Of a DNA stretch of 64,000 nucleotides, positions 8,907 through 17,994 are shown one piece after another. The notes beneath the pieces are model-generated. The model made no database searches. It was given only the letters and a program-made list of their open reading frames with translations, and was not told the origin of the DNA. How positions within the stretch are numbered: the first letter of the stretch is position 1; every line of letters starts with the position of its first letter. The stretch is from NCBI GenBank assembly GCA_963723515.1, contig CAVRQT010000003.1:512001-576000 (forward strand). Reading direction: 5' to 3'. Made by a program: the position numbers and the translations under genes. The stretch comes from Vulcanimicrobiota bacterium (lineage in GTDB: Bacteria; Vulcanimicrobiota; Vulcanimicrobiia; Vulcanimicrobiales; Vulcanimicrobiaceae).

Positions 8907-9926
8907 TTGCTGCGTTTTTTCGTCAACCGGATCGTGCGCCTGATCGCGGTGCTGATCGCAATTACGATCATCAGCTTCTTTTTCTTGCGAATGATTCCAG
9001 GGGATCCGGTAACGATTCGGTTGGGCGAGCATGCAACAGCGCAGGAAATTGCGGCGCTTCGTGCCTCCCTTGGTTTGGATCGCCCGTGGTACGATCAGCT
9101 CGGGCTTTACATCGTGCACGCTGCGCGCGGCGATCTCGGTCGTTCGACCATGGATCAACAACCGGTCTCCGAAAAACTCGCTTCCTACTTTCCGGCAACC
9201 GTTGAGCTCGCGCTCGGCGCGATGTGCGTCGCGATCATCTTCGGCGTTCCGCTTGGCATCATCGCGGCGGTGCGATCGCGCACGCTCGTCGACACGGCGA
9301 CGACGAGTCTGGCGTTGCTTGGCGTCTCAATTCCGGTGTTTTGGCTCGGGTGGATGCTCGTCTACATCTTGAGCGTCGTGCCCAGCCACTACGGCCTCAA
9401 TCTCTTTCCAATTTCCGGGCGAATATCGCTCATGTACTCCGTGCGCCCGATCACGCATCTGGTGATTCTCGATGCGCTCTTGCAAGGGCAATTCCGCGCC
9501 GCGCTGGATGCGCTTTGGCACCTCGTTCTGCCGGCAGTGACGCTCGGCACGATTCCGCTGGCGATCGTCGCGAAGATCACGCGCAGCGGGATGCTCGACG
9601 TCTTGCGCAGCGACTACATCAGAACCGCACGTGCAAAGGGCGCGAGCGAATGGGTCGTCATTACGCATCATGCATTGCGCAACGCGCTCGTGCCGGTGAT
9701 CACGATCATCGGTTTGCAAACGGGTCTGCTGCTCGGAGGCGCCGTGCTTACGGAGCACATCTTTGCGTGGCCCGGCGTCGGGCGGCTCGCCTTTGACGCG
9801 ATCTCGAACCGGGATATGCCGCTCGTCAACGGCTGTATTTTGCTCTTTGGAGCCGTTTTTGTGACTGTCAATACGATCGTGGACTTGCTGTATGCCGCGG
9901 CAAACCCACGCATCCGATACGCTTAG
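8907..9926 (+). CDS. Peptide ABC transporter permease (DppB/OppB family)
   Basis: PGDP, GDLGRS, FPATVEL, YIRTARAKG, HALRNAL, FAWPGVG. Confidence 0.92.
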   Translation: MLRFFVNRIVRLIAVLIAITIISFFFLRMIPGDPVTIRLGEHATAQEIAALRASLGLDRPWYDQLGLYIVHAARGDLGRSTMDQQPVSEKLASYFPATVELALGAMCVAIIFGVPLGIIAAVRSRTLVDTATTSLALLGVSIPVFWLGWMLVYILSVVPSHYGLNLFPISGRISLMYSVRPITHLVILDALLQGQFRAALDALWHLVLPAVTLGTIPLAIVAKITRSGMLDVLRSDYIRTARAKGASEWVVITHHALRNALVPVITIIGLQTGLLLGGAVLTEHIFAWPGVGRLAFDAISNRDMPLVNGCILLFGAVFVTVNTIVDLLYAAANPRIRYA

Positions 9927-9938
9927 ATGAGGCGGCCA

Positions 9939-9956
9939 ATCGAACAGGAGTTCGAT
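9939..9956. promoter_or_regulatory. Putative LexA (SOS) box
   Basis: ATCGAAC-AGGA-GTTCGAT palindrome (GAAC-N4-GTTC) upstream of ftsY-recA-recX. Confidence 0.75.
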
Positions 9957-9982
9957 TTGCGGCGCTGGAATAGGAACGTTCC

Positions 9983-10909
9983 GTGAGCCTTCTAGGGAAG
10001 GTCCGGGCCGTCTTCGGGCGGTCGCGCGAGACGATGGCGGCCGTTCAGACGCTGGGCCGCGCCCGCAAACCGATCGACGCGGCGTTTTGGGAAGAGCTCG
10101 AGGAGCTGCTCCTTCAGGCCGATTTCGGCGTCCCCACCACGGAGAAGATCATCAGCGGTCTGCGCACAGTGTCGCGTCAAGAGGCGTGGCGCACCAGCGA
10201 TCAGGCAATCGCGCGATTTCGTAAGGACGTGCAGCGATTTCTTACGTTGCCGCATCCAGAATTGAACCTGTCGCGTAAGCCGAGCGTCATCTTGGTCGTG
10301 GGCGTCAATGGAAGCGGGAAGACAACGACGATCGGCAAGCTGGCTGCTTCGCTGAGCGCACAGCGTAAGAAAGTGTTGCTCGTTGCCGCCGATACGTTTC
10401 GCGCCGCGGCAGCGGAACAGCTCGCAATCTGGGGCGAGCGCAGCAATGCAGACGTCGTGCGCGGCCGTGAAGGCGCGGATCCTTCGTCCGTCGTTTTCGA
10501 CGGCATTGCAGCGGGCAAGGCGCGTGACGTCGACGTGATCTTCATCGATACGGCGGGCCGGCTGCAGACGAAGAGCAATCTCATGGAAGAGTTGCGCAAG
10601 ATGCGGCGTGTGATCGAACGGGAGCTCGGAGAGCCGCCGGCGGAGACCCTTCTCGTCTTAGATGGTACCACCGGGCAGAATGCCGTTTCGCAAGCGCGCC
10701 TCTTTCACGACGCGACGGCGCTCACCGGGGTCGTTATGACGAAGTTGGATTCGACGGCGAAAGGTGGAGTGTTGCTGGCGGTCGTCGACGCGCTGGAAAT
10801 TCCAATCAAATTTGTCGGCCTGGGAGAATCGATCGAGGCGCTGCGGCCGTTCGATCCCGCCGAATTCATCGATGCACTCTTCGAAGATGCTGAGAAGGCG
10901 ACTGCATAG
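9983..10909 (+). CDS. ftsY: Signal recognition particle receptor FtsY
   Basis: GVNGSGKTTT, DTFRAAA, DTAGRLQ, DGTTGQN, TKLDSTAKGG. Confidence 0.97.
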   Translation: MSLLGKVRAVFGRSRETMAAVQTLGRARKPIDAAFWEELEELLLQADFGVPTTEKIISGLRTVSRQEAWRTSDQAIARFRKDVQRFLTLPHPELNLSRKPSVILVVGVNGSGKTTTIGKLAASLSAQRKKVLLVAADTFRAAAAEQLAIWGERSNADVVRGREGADPSSVVFDGIAAGKARDVDVIFIDTAGRLQTKSNLMEELRKMRRVIERELGEPPAETLLVLDGTTGQNAVSQARLFHDATALTGVVMTKLDSTAKGGVLLAVVDALEIPIKFVGLGESIEALRPFDPAEFIDALFEDAEKATA

Positions 10910-10986
10910 TGCCATACAGTTGGCACTGGGGCGAGATAACGTGAACGTACTTAAAGAAACGATAGCGACTAGAACGGAGATTTAGG

Positions 10987-12015
10987 ATGGCGCAAGACGA
11001 CCGCAGTATGGCCCTTAACAACGCTCTCGCTCAAATCGAGCGGCAATTCGGCAAGGGCGCGATCATGAAGATGGGAGACTTTCAGGAGCGCATGGCCTTT
11101 GAGGTCGTGCCGAGCGGTTCGATCGCGCTCGACTTTGCGCTCGGGGTCGGCGGATTTCCTCGCGGGAGAGTTGTCGAGATCTACGGTCCGGAGTCGAGCG
11201 GAAAGACGACGCTCGCCTTACACGCGATTGCCGAAGCGCAGAAGACGGGCGGCACGGCCGCATTCATCGATGTCGAGCACGCGCTCGATCCCACGTATGC
11301 ATCGGCGCTCGGCGTCGATCTCGATAATCTGCTCGTCTCTCAGCCCGATACCGGCGAACAGGCGCTTGATATTGCCGAGATGCTCGTGCGAAGCAATGCG
11401 GTTGATGTTGTCGTAGTGGATTCCGTCGCGGCGCTCGTGACAAAGGCGGAGCTCGAGGGCGACATGGGCGATGCGCACGTTGGTTTGCAGGCGCGGTTGA
11501 TGTCGCAGGCGCTGCGGAAGTTGACTTCGGCGATCTCGCGCTCGAAGTCCGTCATGATCTTCATCAACCAGCTGCGTGAGAAGGTCGGCGTGATGTTTGG
11601 CAGCCCCGAGACGACTTCGGGCGGCCGCGCGCTGAAGTTTTACGCCTCCATTCGTTTGGACGTTCGCAAGCTCGAACAGATCAAAATCGGTCAGGAAGTC
11701 GTCGGCTCCCGCACGCGCGTGAAAGTCGTCAAGAACAAAGTCGCACCGCCGTTTCGGCAAGCCGAGTTCGACATCACCTACGGCCATGGAATCTCAAAGA
11801 TGGGCTCGATCCTCGACGTCGCGCTCGAGCGAGACATCGTCGGCAAGAGCGGCTCCTGGTACACCTATGGCGAGACCCGCATCGGCCAAGGCCGCGAGAA
11901 CGCGAAGGCATACCTCGAAGAGCATACGGATCTCGCTGAAGAGATCAGCGCGCGTCTGCGCGAGACGGTTGTCAGCCACTCGCGCAACGGGACGGCGACG
12001 GCCGCCGCGGAGTAA
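10987..12015 (+). CDS. recA: Recombinase RecA
   Basis: [37 protein letters not shown]. Confidence 0.99.
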   Translation: MAQDDRSMALNNALAQIERQFGKGAIMKMGDFQERMAFEVVPSGSIALDFALGVGGFPRGRVVEIYGPESSGKTTLALHAIAEAQKTGGTAAFIDVEHALDPTYASALGVDLDNLLVSQPDTGEQALDIAEMLVRSNAVDVVVVDSVAALVTKAELEGDMGDAHVGLQARLMSQALRKLTSAISRSKSVMIFINQLREKVGVMFGSPETTSGGRALKFYASIRLDVRKLEQIKIGQEVVGSRTRVKVVKNKVAPPFRQAEFDITYGHGISKMGSILDVALERDIVGKSGSWYTYGETRIGQGRENAKAYLEEHTDLAEEISARLRETVVSHSRNGTATAAAE

Positions 12016-12455
12016 TGTCAGCGCGCGTTGCGGCGCTGCGGATTCTTGCCAATCGGCGGCTGAGCGAGGCGCAACTTTGGTCCCGCTTAGAGCGCAAGGG
12101 TTACAACGCCGAAGAGATCCGTGAAGCGGTAGCCGATTGCAAACGCAACGGCTATTTGGACGACCGGCTCTTCGCGGCGCTTTTCGTCGAACAAAAGCGA
12201 AAGCCGCTCGGCAACACGCGATTGCGCGGCGAGCTGATCAAGCGCGGCATCGATCGAGCCATCGCCGCCGAAGTTGTTGAGGAAGCAACGCGCGATGAAG
12301 CGGAGCGCATCGATCTTGCGATCGAACAGATCTTCAAAATGAAAGCGCAGACCAGCTATCCTTCGGCGGCGCGCGCATTGGAGCGGCGTGGCTTTCCGGC
12401 ATCATTAATCTATCGCAAGTTACGCGTTCTCGCGGCGCAGCAGGAGCTGGGCTAA
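12015..12455 (+). CDS. recX: Regulatory protein RecX
   Basis: Overlaps the recA stop; ALRIL..R..SE, GYLDD..FA, EL..RGI, L.RRGF. Confidence 0.9.
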   Translation: MSARVAALRILANRRLSEAQLWSRLERKGYNAEEIREAVADCKRNGYLDDRLFAALFVEQKRKPLGNTRLRGELIKRGIDRAIAAEVVEEATRDEAERIDLAIEQIFKMKAQTSYPSAARALERRGFPASLIYRKLRVLAAQQELG

Positions 12456-12485
12456 AGAAAACCGGGCCGGGGCACTTACTCGCGT

Positions 12486-13175
12486 ATGCCGACGGCGCGC
12501 GTTTTGATTGCCGAAAACGATCCGCCGGCGCGCGACCTGCTCGCGCAACATGTGCGCAACGAAGGGTTTGATGCCTTGGCTGTTGCGGATGGAATGACGG
12601 CGTTGCGAGCCGCCCGCACGTGGGCCGACATCATCGTGATCGACGTCGGCTTGCCCGGAATCGAAGGCCTTGAAATCACACGCACGTTACGGCGCGAAAA
12701 GCATGCCGTTCCGATTATCATGGTGAGCGCGCGAACGGAGGAGATCGATCGCGTCGTGGGCCTCGAGATCGGCGCCGATGATTACCTTTGCAAGCCGTAC
12801 TCGAATCGAGAGTTGATCGCACGGCTTAAGGCCATCTTGCGGCGAGCCGGCGTTGAAGCCGATGCCCCGCTTCCGCGCTTAACGTTCGGGCGGCTGGAGA
12901 TCGATGCTGCCGCACGCGAAGCACGTGTTGACGGCGTTGACGTCGGACTCAAGCCGCGCGAATTCTCGCTGTTGCTAACGCTCGCGACAAACCCCGGCGT
13001 CGCGCTGTCTCGGCGTACGCTGCTGGAACGGGTTTGGGGATTCGACTTCGAGGGAGATGAGCGGACGGTTGACGTGCACGTCCGGCGCGTTCGCCAAAAA
13101 ATTCAGGAGCGGCCGTCGTTGGCGCGGCACGTCGTAACGGTTCACGGATTCGGTTACAAGTTCGCGCGACACTAA
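12486..13175 (+). CDS. OmpR/PhoB family response regulator
   Basis: Receiver domain (IDVGLPG, GADDYLCKP) plus winged helix (RTVDVHVRRVR, TVHGFGYKF). Confidence 0.93.
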   Translation: MPTARVLIAENDPPARDLLAQHVRNEGFDALAVADGMTALRAARTWADIIVIDVGLPGIEGLEITRTLRREKHAVPIIMVSARTEEIDRVVGLEIGADDYLCKPYSNRELIARLKAILRRAGVEADAPLPRLTFGRLEIDAAAREARVDGVDVGLKPREFSLLLTLATNPGVALSRRTLLERVWGFDFEGDERTVDVHVRRVRQKIQERPSLARHVVTVHGFGYKFARH

Positions 13176-13182
13176 AAGCGGA
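13127..13182 (+). repeat. 56 bp direct repeat, copy 1 (3' end of response regulator gene, attL-like)
   Basis: GCACGTCGTAACGGTTCACGGATTCGGTTACAAGTTCGCGCGACACTAAAAGCGGA, identical to 14425-14480. Confidence 0.95.
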
Positions 13183-13267
13183 CAGGTTGCCGCATCGGTA
13201 ACGTTACGCTTTCGCTGGTTGCCTTACCGCCCGGGCCAACATACAGGGTAGGATGAGTGGCGGTAGG

Positions 13268-14302
13268 TTAAGATTTGACAGCCTGTATTAGAAACTGAGA
13301 GCCGCCTAGGTAGCCACGGCGCCAAGACCAATAAAACTGCAATGCAGAGCTGCTGAAGCCGATTTGCCTCATGCGCTCAAGCAGGTCCCAGCCAAAATGG
13401 TAGTAGCACAGCACACCACGCGGGTCCAGTGGATCACCGTGGTATTCAGGCGGTAGGACGTGCTCGACGGCGTCCGGCCACACGCGAGCCCGCGTCAGCG
13501 TTTCCTCGGCATCGAGCAGAAAGGGCACGCTTACGACGAGTGTTCCCCCAGGCCGTAAGCACCGGAAACACTCATACAGCGCCTTCTCGTAATTCGGAAT
13601 ATGTTCGAGCACATCGGTGGCGCAGATAGCGTCAAAGGAATCGTCAACAAACGAGAGCCTCGTCAGATCTTCGTTGCGAATTCTCAGCGCATTCAAAGCG
13701 CCGAGCGGCGTACCATCCTGGAGTAATTCGCTGCCGATCACCTGAGGATAGCGCCGCTTCAACGCTCGGAAAAACGGACTTGCATGCTCAGTGACATACA
13801 AAGTTGCCCCCTCCGCAAGATTTGCTATTGACTCTAGAAAATCGATGATAGCGCGTTGCCTGTTAGGAAGCTTGCACGAGCGACAAATAAGTCGTTCTCG
13901 CCAGTTCGGTACTCGCGCGCCGTCGCAGGTGGTATTGGCGTAAAGAAAGTCAACCGCAAACGCCGTATCACTATGGCAGACCGCGCAGTATCCGACGATC
14001 GAAAAATAATCGTTCTTTGGGATTAGCGATTTCTCAAAGTGCTCGCGTTCTGATAAGACGTCCACATTTTCCTTAACGTAGACACGAAACTGCCCAATCG
14101 CTGAACACTTCACCTCGAAAGGCGACGCCCCGTCGAGAATTTTCTTATACTCAGCCTCGTTTGGATGAGGTACTACCAGCGGGGGTCGGCGCACGAGGCG
14201 TTTATATCGCGCGGCGAGCCGTTCTCTGATTCGATCCTTCTTCCGTGCCGCAGCGCCAATTATCGAACGTATATCGGCGAAGGAGAAGCTCAGAGGCGGC
14301 AC
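13268..14302 (-). CDS. Class I SAM-dependent methyltransferase with N-terminal CxxC..CxxC motif
   Basis: CAVC..NWRERLICRSC; DLTRLSF.DDSFDAI...DVLEHIP..ECFRCLRPGG. Start position uncertain. Confidence 0.8.
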   Translation of the reverse strand: MPPLSFSFADIRSIIGAAARKKDRIRERLAARYKRLVRRPPLVVPHPNEAEYKKILDGASPFEVKCSAIGQFRVYVKENVDVLSEREHFEKSLIPKNDYFSIVGYCAVCHSDTAFAVDFLYANTTCDGARVPNWRERLICRSCKLPNRQRAIIDFLESIANLAEGATLYVTEHASPFFRALKRRYPQVIGSELLQDGTPLGALNALRIRNEDLTRLSFVDDSFDAICATDVLEHIPNYEKALYECFRCLRPGGTLVVSVPFLLDAEETLTRARVWPDAVEHVLPPEYHGDPLDPRGVLCYYHFGWDLLERMRQIGFSSSALQFYWSWRRGYLGGSQFLIQAVKS

Positions 14303-14424
14303 GCTCAGGAGTTAGTTGATTAGCGAGAGCGCCCCTACGGATCGAGTGGCGTTCGCGTCACAGTTGTTGCTATGAGGGGCTGCAAATGCTGGCCGCATTG
14401 AAACGAGGCCGTCTTTTTGGCGCC

Positions 14425-14480
14425 GCACGTCGTAACGGTTCACGGATTCGGTTACAAGTTCGCGCGACACTAAAAGCGGA
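14425..14480 (+). repeat. 56 bp direct repeat, copy 2 (attR-like)
   Basis: Identical to 13127-13182; extends to 64 bp with one mismatch. Confidence 0.95.
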
Positions 14481-14512
14481 ATTTATGGAAGCGGCATCGT
14501 AGATGTTGGTCC

Positions 14513-14836
14513 GTGGCAAAGTGCGTAGCCCGGTTCGCTCACCGCAGCGAAGCAGACCTCGCCCACTTCTTCGACTTCTTCAACGTCCGCTGGCAATATG
14601 AGCCGCAGAGTTTTCCCATTGCATGGGATCAACATGGAAACATCGTCGAAGCGTTCACGCCCGATTTTTATCTCCCCGAATTCGATCTTTACATAGAAGT
14701 TACAACGGCCGCGCGCCGCTTCCAAACGCGTAAGAACCGCAAGCTGCGGATGTTCCGGGCATCGTATCCGCACTTCAAGATCAAGTTCTTCAATAAAAGC
14801 GATATTGCCGCCGTGCTTTGCCGCGCCGCGCGATGA
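14513..14836 (+). CDS. Small PD-(D/E)XK nuclease-fold protein
   Basis: SEADLA..WQYEP..FTPDFYLPE..LYIEVT; the canonical Lys of E-x-K is Thr here. Confidence 0.65.
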   Translation: MAKCVARFAHRSEADLAHFFDFFNVRWQYEPQSFPIAWDQHGNIVEAFTPDFYLPEFDLYIEVTTAARRFQTRKNRKLRMFRASYPHFKIKFFNKSDIAAVLCRAAR

Positions 14837-15342
14837 TCGATCGAGTCATATTCGACGCGGGAACGATCGCGCAGCGGGTCGGTGAACTCGGGGCCGAAAT
14901 CGCCGCCGATTACGAGGCGAAGGTACCGATGCTGATCGGCGGTTTGAATTCGAGCGCGACGTTCATGGCCGATCTCACGCGCGCGGCCGGCATTCCCTTG
15001 GAGATCGATTTTATTGCGGTCTCGCGCTTCCGCGCTGAAGCAAGCATTCGTCTTGACAAGGATACGTCGGCTTCTGTTGAGGGACGGCACCTTCTGCTGG
15101 TCGAGCCCGTTATCGATACCGGATTGACCGTTCAATTCGTTATGAATACGTTAGGGAGCAGGGCACCGGCCTCAATTGCGGTATGCACGCTGCTTGACCG
15201 CCCCCACCGGAGATTAGCGCAAGTTGACGTTCGCTACCGTGGCTTTGAGATCGCGGATACGTTTTTGGTCGGCTACGGGCTCGACTATCAGGGCCGTTAT
15301 CGAGAATTGCCGGCGCTCTATGCCTACGATCCCGCAGCATAG
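14833..15342 (+). CDS. Hypoxanthine phosphoribosyltransferase-like protein with degenerate motifs
   Basis: RVGELGAEIAADY, FMADL, IDTGLT, CTLLD, FLVGYGLDY..YR.LP; ATGA overlap with the upstream gene. Confidence 0.8.
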   Translation: MIDRVIFDAGTIAQRVGELGAEIAADYEAKVPMLIGGLNSSATFMADLTRAAGIPLEIDFIAVSRFRAEASIRLDKDTSASVEGRHLLLVEPVIDTGLTVQFVMNTLGSRAPASIAVCTLLDRPHRRLAQVDVRYRGFEIADTFLVGYGLDYQGRYRELPALYAYDPAA

Positions 15343-15346
15343 CGGC

Positions 15347-16633
15347 ATGCTTTTGCGCATTGTCGCGGGCGTTGCTGCGCTCGGCTTCTTGGTGCCGGCG
15401 GTTCCTGCGCAAGCGCTTGAACTGCGCTCGATCGTGCAAGCCGCTTCCTCGTACCACAATTCCAATGCACGGCTGCAGGCGCTCTATCGCTCCGCGCTGC
15501 TGAACACCAGTCGTCAAGCAGAAATGGCGCCCGACGGAACCGCCTATGTGAAAACCGGTGACATCCCGGCGGAGTGGCTGCGCGACGCGAGCGCTCAGGT
15601 GAGGCCATACCTGTATTTTGCCAAGAGCGATCCGGAGGTGCGCCAACTGCTGCGCGCGATCATCGCGCGTGAGACGAAGTACCTGGAGATCGATCCCTAC
15701 GCAAACGCATTTACGTTTGATTATCGCGTCTGGGAGCGGAAGTTCGAGCTCGATTCGTTAGCCTATACGGTTATTCTCGCGTGGAGCTATTGGCACGCGA
15801 CCGGCGACCGTGCGATCTTCACTGCCGACGAGCAACTCGCTTTCGACAACGTCTTGGACACAATGAAGCGCGAGTCGGATCATCCGCGCGATTCGACATA
15901 CACGAATCCGGAGATGTTCCAATCGAAGGGCCGCCCTGTGGCTTACACCGGGATGATCTGGAGCGGATTTCGACCGTCTGACGACGCCTGTTACTACAAC
16001 TACCTGATTCCATCGAACATGATGGCGGTCGTTGCGCTCGGCGACATGGCGCAGATCGAACGGCAAGTTTACCATGACAGCGGCAGAGCGCAAGCCGCGC
16101 GCGCGATGAGCGATCAGGTTCGCAACGGCATTCAAAAATACGGCCTGCTCTACAACCAGAAGTATGGTTACATCTACGCCTATGAAGTCGACGGCTTAGG
16201 GAACGCGGTCTTTGCCGATGACGCCAATGTCCCGAGTCTGCTTTCAGCGCCGTACATCGGGTATCTGAGCAGCAGCGACAAGTACTATCGCGCGACCAGA
16301 CACTTCTTGCTCTCAGCCGACAATCCGACGTTTTACACCGGTTCGGTTGCGCGCGGCATCGGTAGCCAGCACACGGCGGACCATTGGGTTTGGCCGCTGG
16401 CAATCGTGATGCAAGGGTTGACGTCGGATAGCAGCACGGAGCGGCTCGACATCGTCGACGAGCTGATCGCGAGCGATCCGGGAGATCACTTGTTGCATGA
16501 GTCGTTCGATCCGAACGATCCGACGAAATACACGCGTCCCGATTTCGGATGGCCGAATGCGCTTTTCAGCGAGTTCGTCTTGACGACGTATGGGCGAACC
16601 GCTCCCATTCCCATGGGCGACGCGCACCCATAA
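15347..16633 (+). CDS. Secreted glycoside hydrolase family 125 (DUF1237) protein
   Basis: Signal peptide; TGDIPAEWLRD, DPYANAF, WERKFELDSL, SGFRPSDD, YAYEVDG, DDANVPSLLS. Confidence 0.9.
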   Translation: MLLRIVAGVAALGFLVPAVPAQALELRSIVQAASSYHNSNARLQALYRSALLNTSRQAEMAPDGTAYVKTGDIPAEWLRDASAQVRPYLYFAKSDPEVRQLLRAIIARETKYLEIDPYANAFTFDYRVWERKFELDSLAYTVILAWSYWHATGDRAIFTADEQLAFDNVLDTMKRESDHPRDSTYTNPEMFQSKGRPVAYTGMIWSGFRPSDDACYYNYLIPSNMMAVVALGDMAQIERQVYHDSGRAQAARAMSDQVRNGIQKYGLLYNQKYGYIYAYEVDGLGNAVFADDANVPSLLSAPYIGYLSSSDKYYRATRHFLLSADNPTFYTGSVARGIGSQHTADHWVWPLAIVMQGLTSDSSTERLDIVDELIASDPGDHLLHESFDPNDPTKYTRPDFGWPNALFSEFVLTTYGRTAPIPMGDAHP

Positions 16634-16681
16634 GGTTGTAACGATCAAAGCGGCCGTCCGCCGTCTTAGAATGCAGTCTTA

Positions 16682-16805
16682 GTGGCACACAGCAAAGCGG
16701 ACGTTATCTGGGGTGCCCTGCGGGCTTTGCCCGTAGGGGGCGCGGAGGCGTAGCCGCAGTGCCTGATAATTTGTCGGGTTCCCGCAACGACAGAAGCAAA
16801 GCGGA
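16682..16805 (+). other. Hairpin-rich insertion duplicating the purA start; encodes a 23-codon leader ORF (16682-16753)
   Basis: AGCAAAGCGGA at both 16691 and 16795; hairpin CCCTGCGGGC-ttt-GCCCGTAGGG; GGAGG before GTG 16759. Confidence 0.6.
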
Positions 16806-17994
16806 TGTCGTTGTGGGTGTCCAGTTTGGCGATGAGGGCAAAGGTCGCATCGTCGACTACTACGCAAAAGGGTACGATATCGTCGCGCGCTTCGGCGGCG
16901 GCGATAATGCGGGCCATTCGATTGTCGCGGGCGATACGGCGCTCGCGCTCCGCATTGTTCCATCGGGCGTGCTGCACAAGAACGTCGAGCTCTTTGTCGG
17001 CGGCGGAACGGTCGTCAGTCTTTCGGGCCTTATCGAAGAACTCGATGCGCTCGAGAGCATCGGCGTTAATCTTTCGCGCATCAAGATCTCCGATCGCGCC
17101 CACATTGTCTTTCCTTATCATGCCGAACGCGATGCGCAAACAGAGGCGGCGCTCGGGGATCGCGCGATCGGCACGACCGGACGCGGAATCGGTCCGGCGT
17201 ACGCCGATAAAGCCGCGCGCGCGGGAATTCGCTTCGCCGATCTGCGCGATACGACGCGGCTCGCGCGGATGCTGGGGCCAAGGGAAAGTTTGCTCGCACA
17301 GACGCGAGCCTATGCGCAACGCATCTTGCCGCACGTCGTCGACGGCGTTGCCTACATCCACGCTGCACTTGAAACCGGAAAGCGCATCCTGATCGAAGGC
17401 GCGCAGGGCACTCTCCTGGATGTTGGTTATGGCACGTATCCCTATGTTACGAGCTCGCATACGATTGCCGGCGGCGCCTGCATCGGGCTTGGAATCGGTC
17501 CATCAGCAATCGGAAAAGTGATCGGCGTTGCCAAAGCATACGCGACCCGAGTCGGCGGCGGACCACTTCCCTCCGAATTGCACGATGCGGACGGCGAACG
17601 GCTGCGCGGTAACGGTCGCGAGTTTGGGACGGTGACCGGCCGTGCACGGCGGTGCGGCTGGTTCGATGCGGTCGCCGCGCGTTACGCGGCGCGCATCAAT
17701 GGACTGACGAGCGCGGTGATTACTAAACTCGATGTTCTCACTGGATTCGAGCGAATCGGCATCGTTACCGAGTACCGGCTTTCGGGTGCCAAAGTCGACT
17801 TTGCGATGGCTGACGCGCCGGCGTTGCAGCCGGTAATCGAATATTTCGACGGTTGGAGCGACGACATCAGCGGCGTGCGAAACTTCAAGACGTTACCCTC
17901 AACCGCAAAGCGTTATCTCGAAGCGCTTCGCGATGCGCTCGGCGTGCCGCTGGAGCACATCTCGGTCGGTCCCGAACGCTCCCAGCTCATGTGA
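16759..17994 (+). CDS. purA: Adenylosuccinate synthetase
   Basis: QFGDEGKG, NAGHS, IGTTGRGIGPAY, EGAQG, GTYPYVTSS, EFGTVTGR.RRCGW. Confidence 0.97.
   Translation: MPDNLSGSRNDRSKADVVVGVQFGDEGKGRIVDYYAKGYDIVARFGGGDNAGHSIVAGDTALALRIVPSGVLHKNVELFVGGGTVVSLSGLIEELDALESIGVNLSRIKISDRAHIVFPYHAERDAQTEAALGDRAIGTTGRGIGPAYADKAARAGIRFADLRDTTRLARMLGPRESLLAQTRAYAQRILPHVVDGVAYIHAALETGKRILIEGAQGTLLDVGYGTYPYVTSSHTIAGGACIGLGIGPSAIGKVIGVAKAYATRVGGGPLPSELHDADGERLRGNGREFGTVTGRARRCGWFDAVAARYAARINGLTSAVITKLDVLTGFERIGIVTEYRLSGAKVDFAMADAPALQPVIEYFDGWSDDISGVRNFKTLPSTAKRYLEALRDALGVPLEHISVGPERSQLM

Noticed and set aside
10910..10986. LexA box directly upstream of recA
   Set aside because: Only half sites are present (GAACgtacTTAA, GAACggagATTT), too degenerate to support a call
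13183..13270. Imperfect stem (CTTACCGCC/GGCGGTAGG) after the methyltransferase as an integron attC site
   Set aside because: No properly paired RYYYAAC/GTTRRRY ends could be identified and there is no integron integrase
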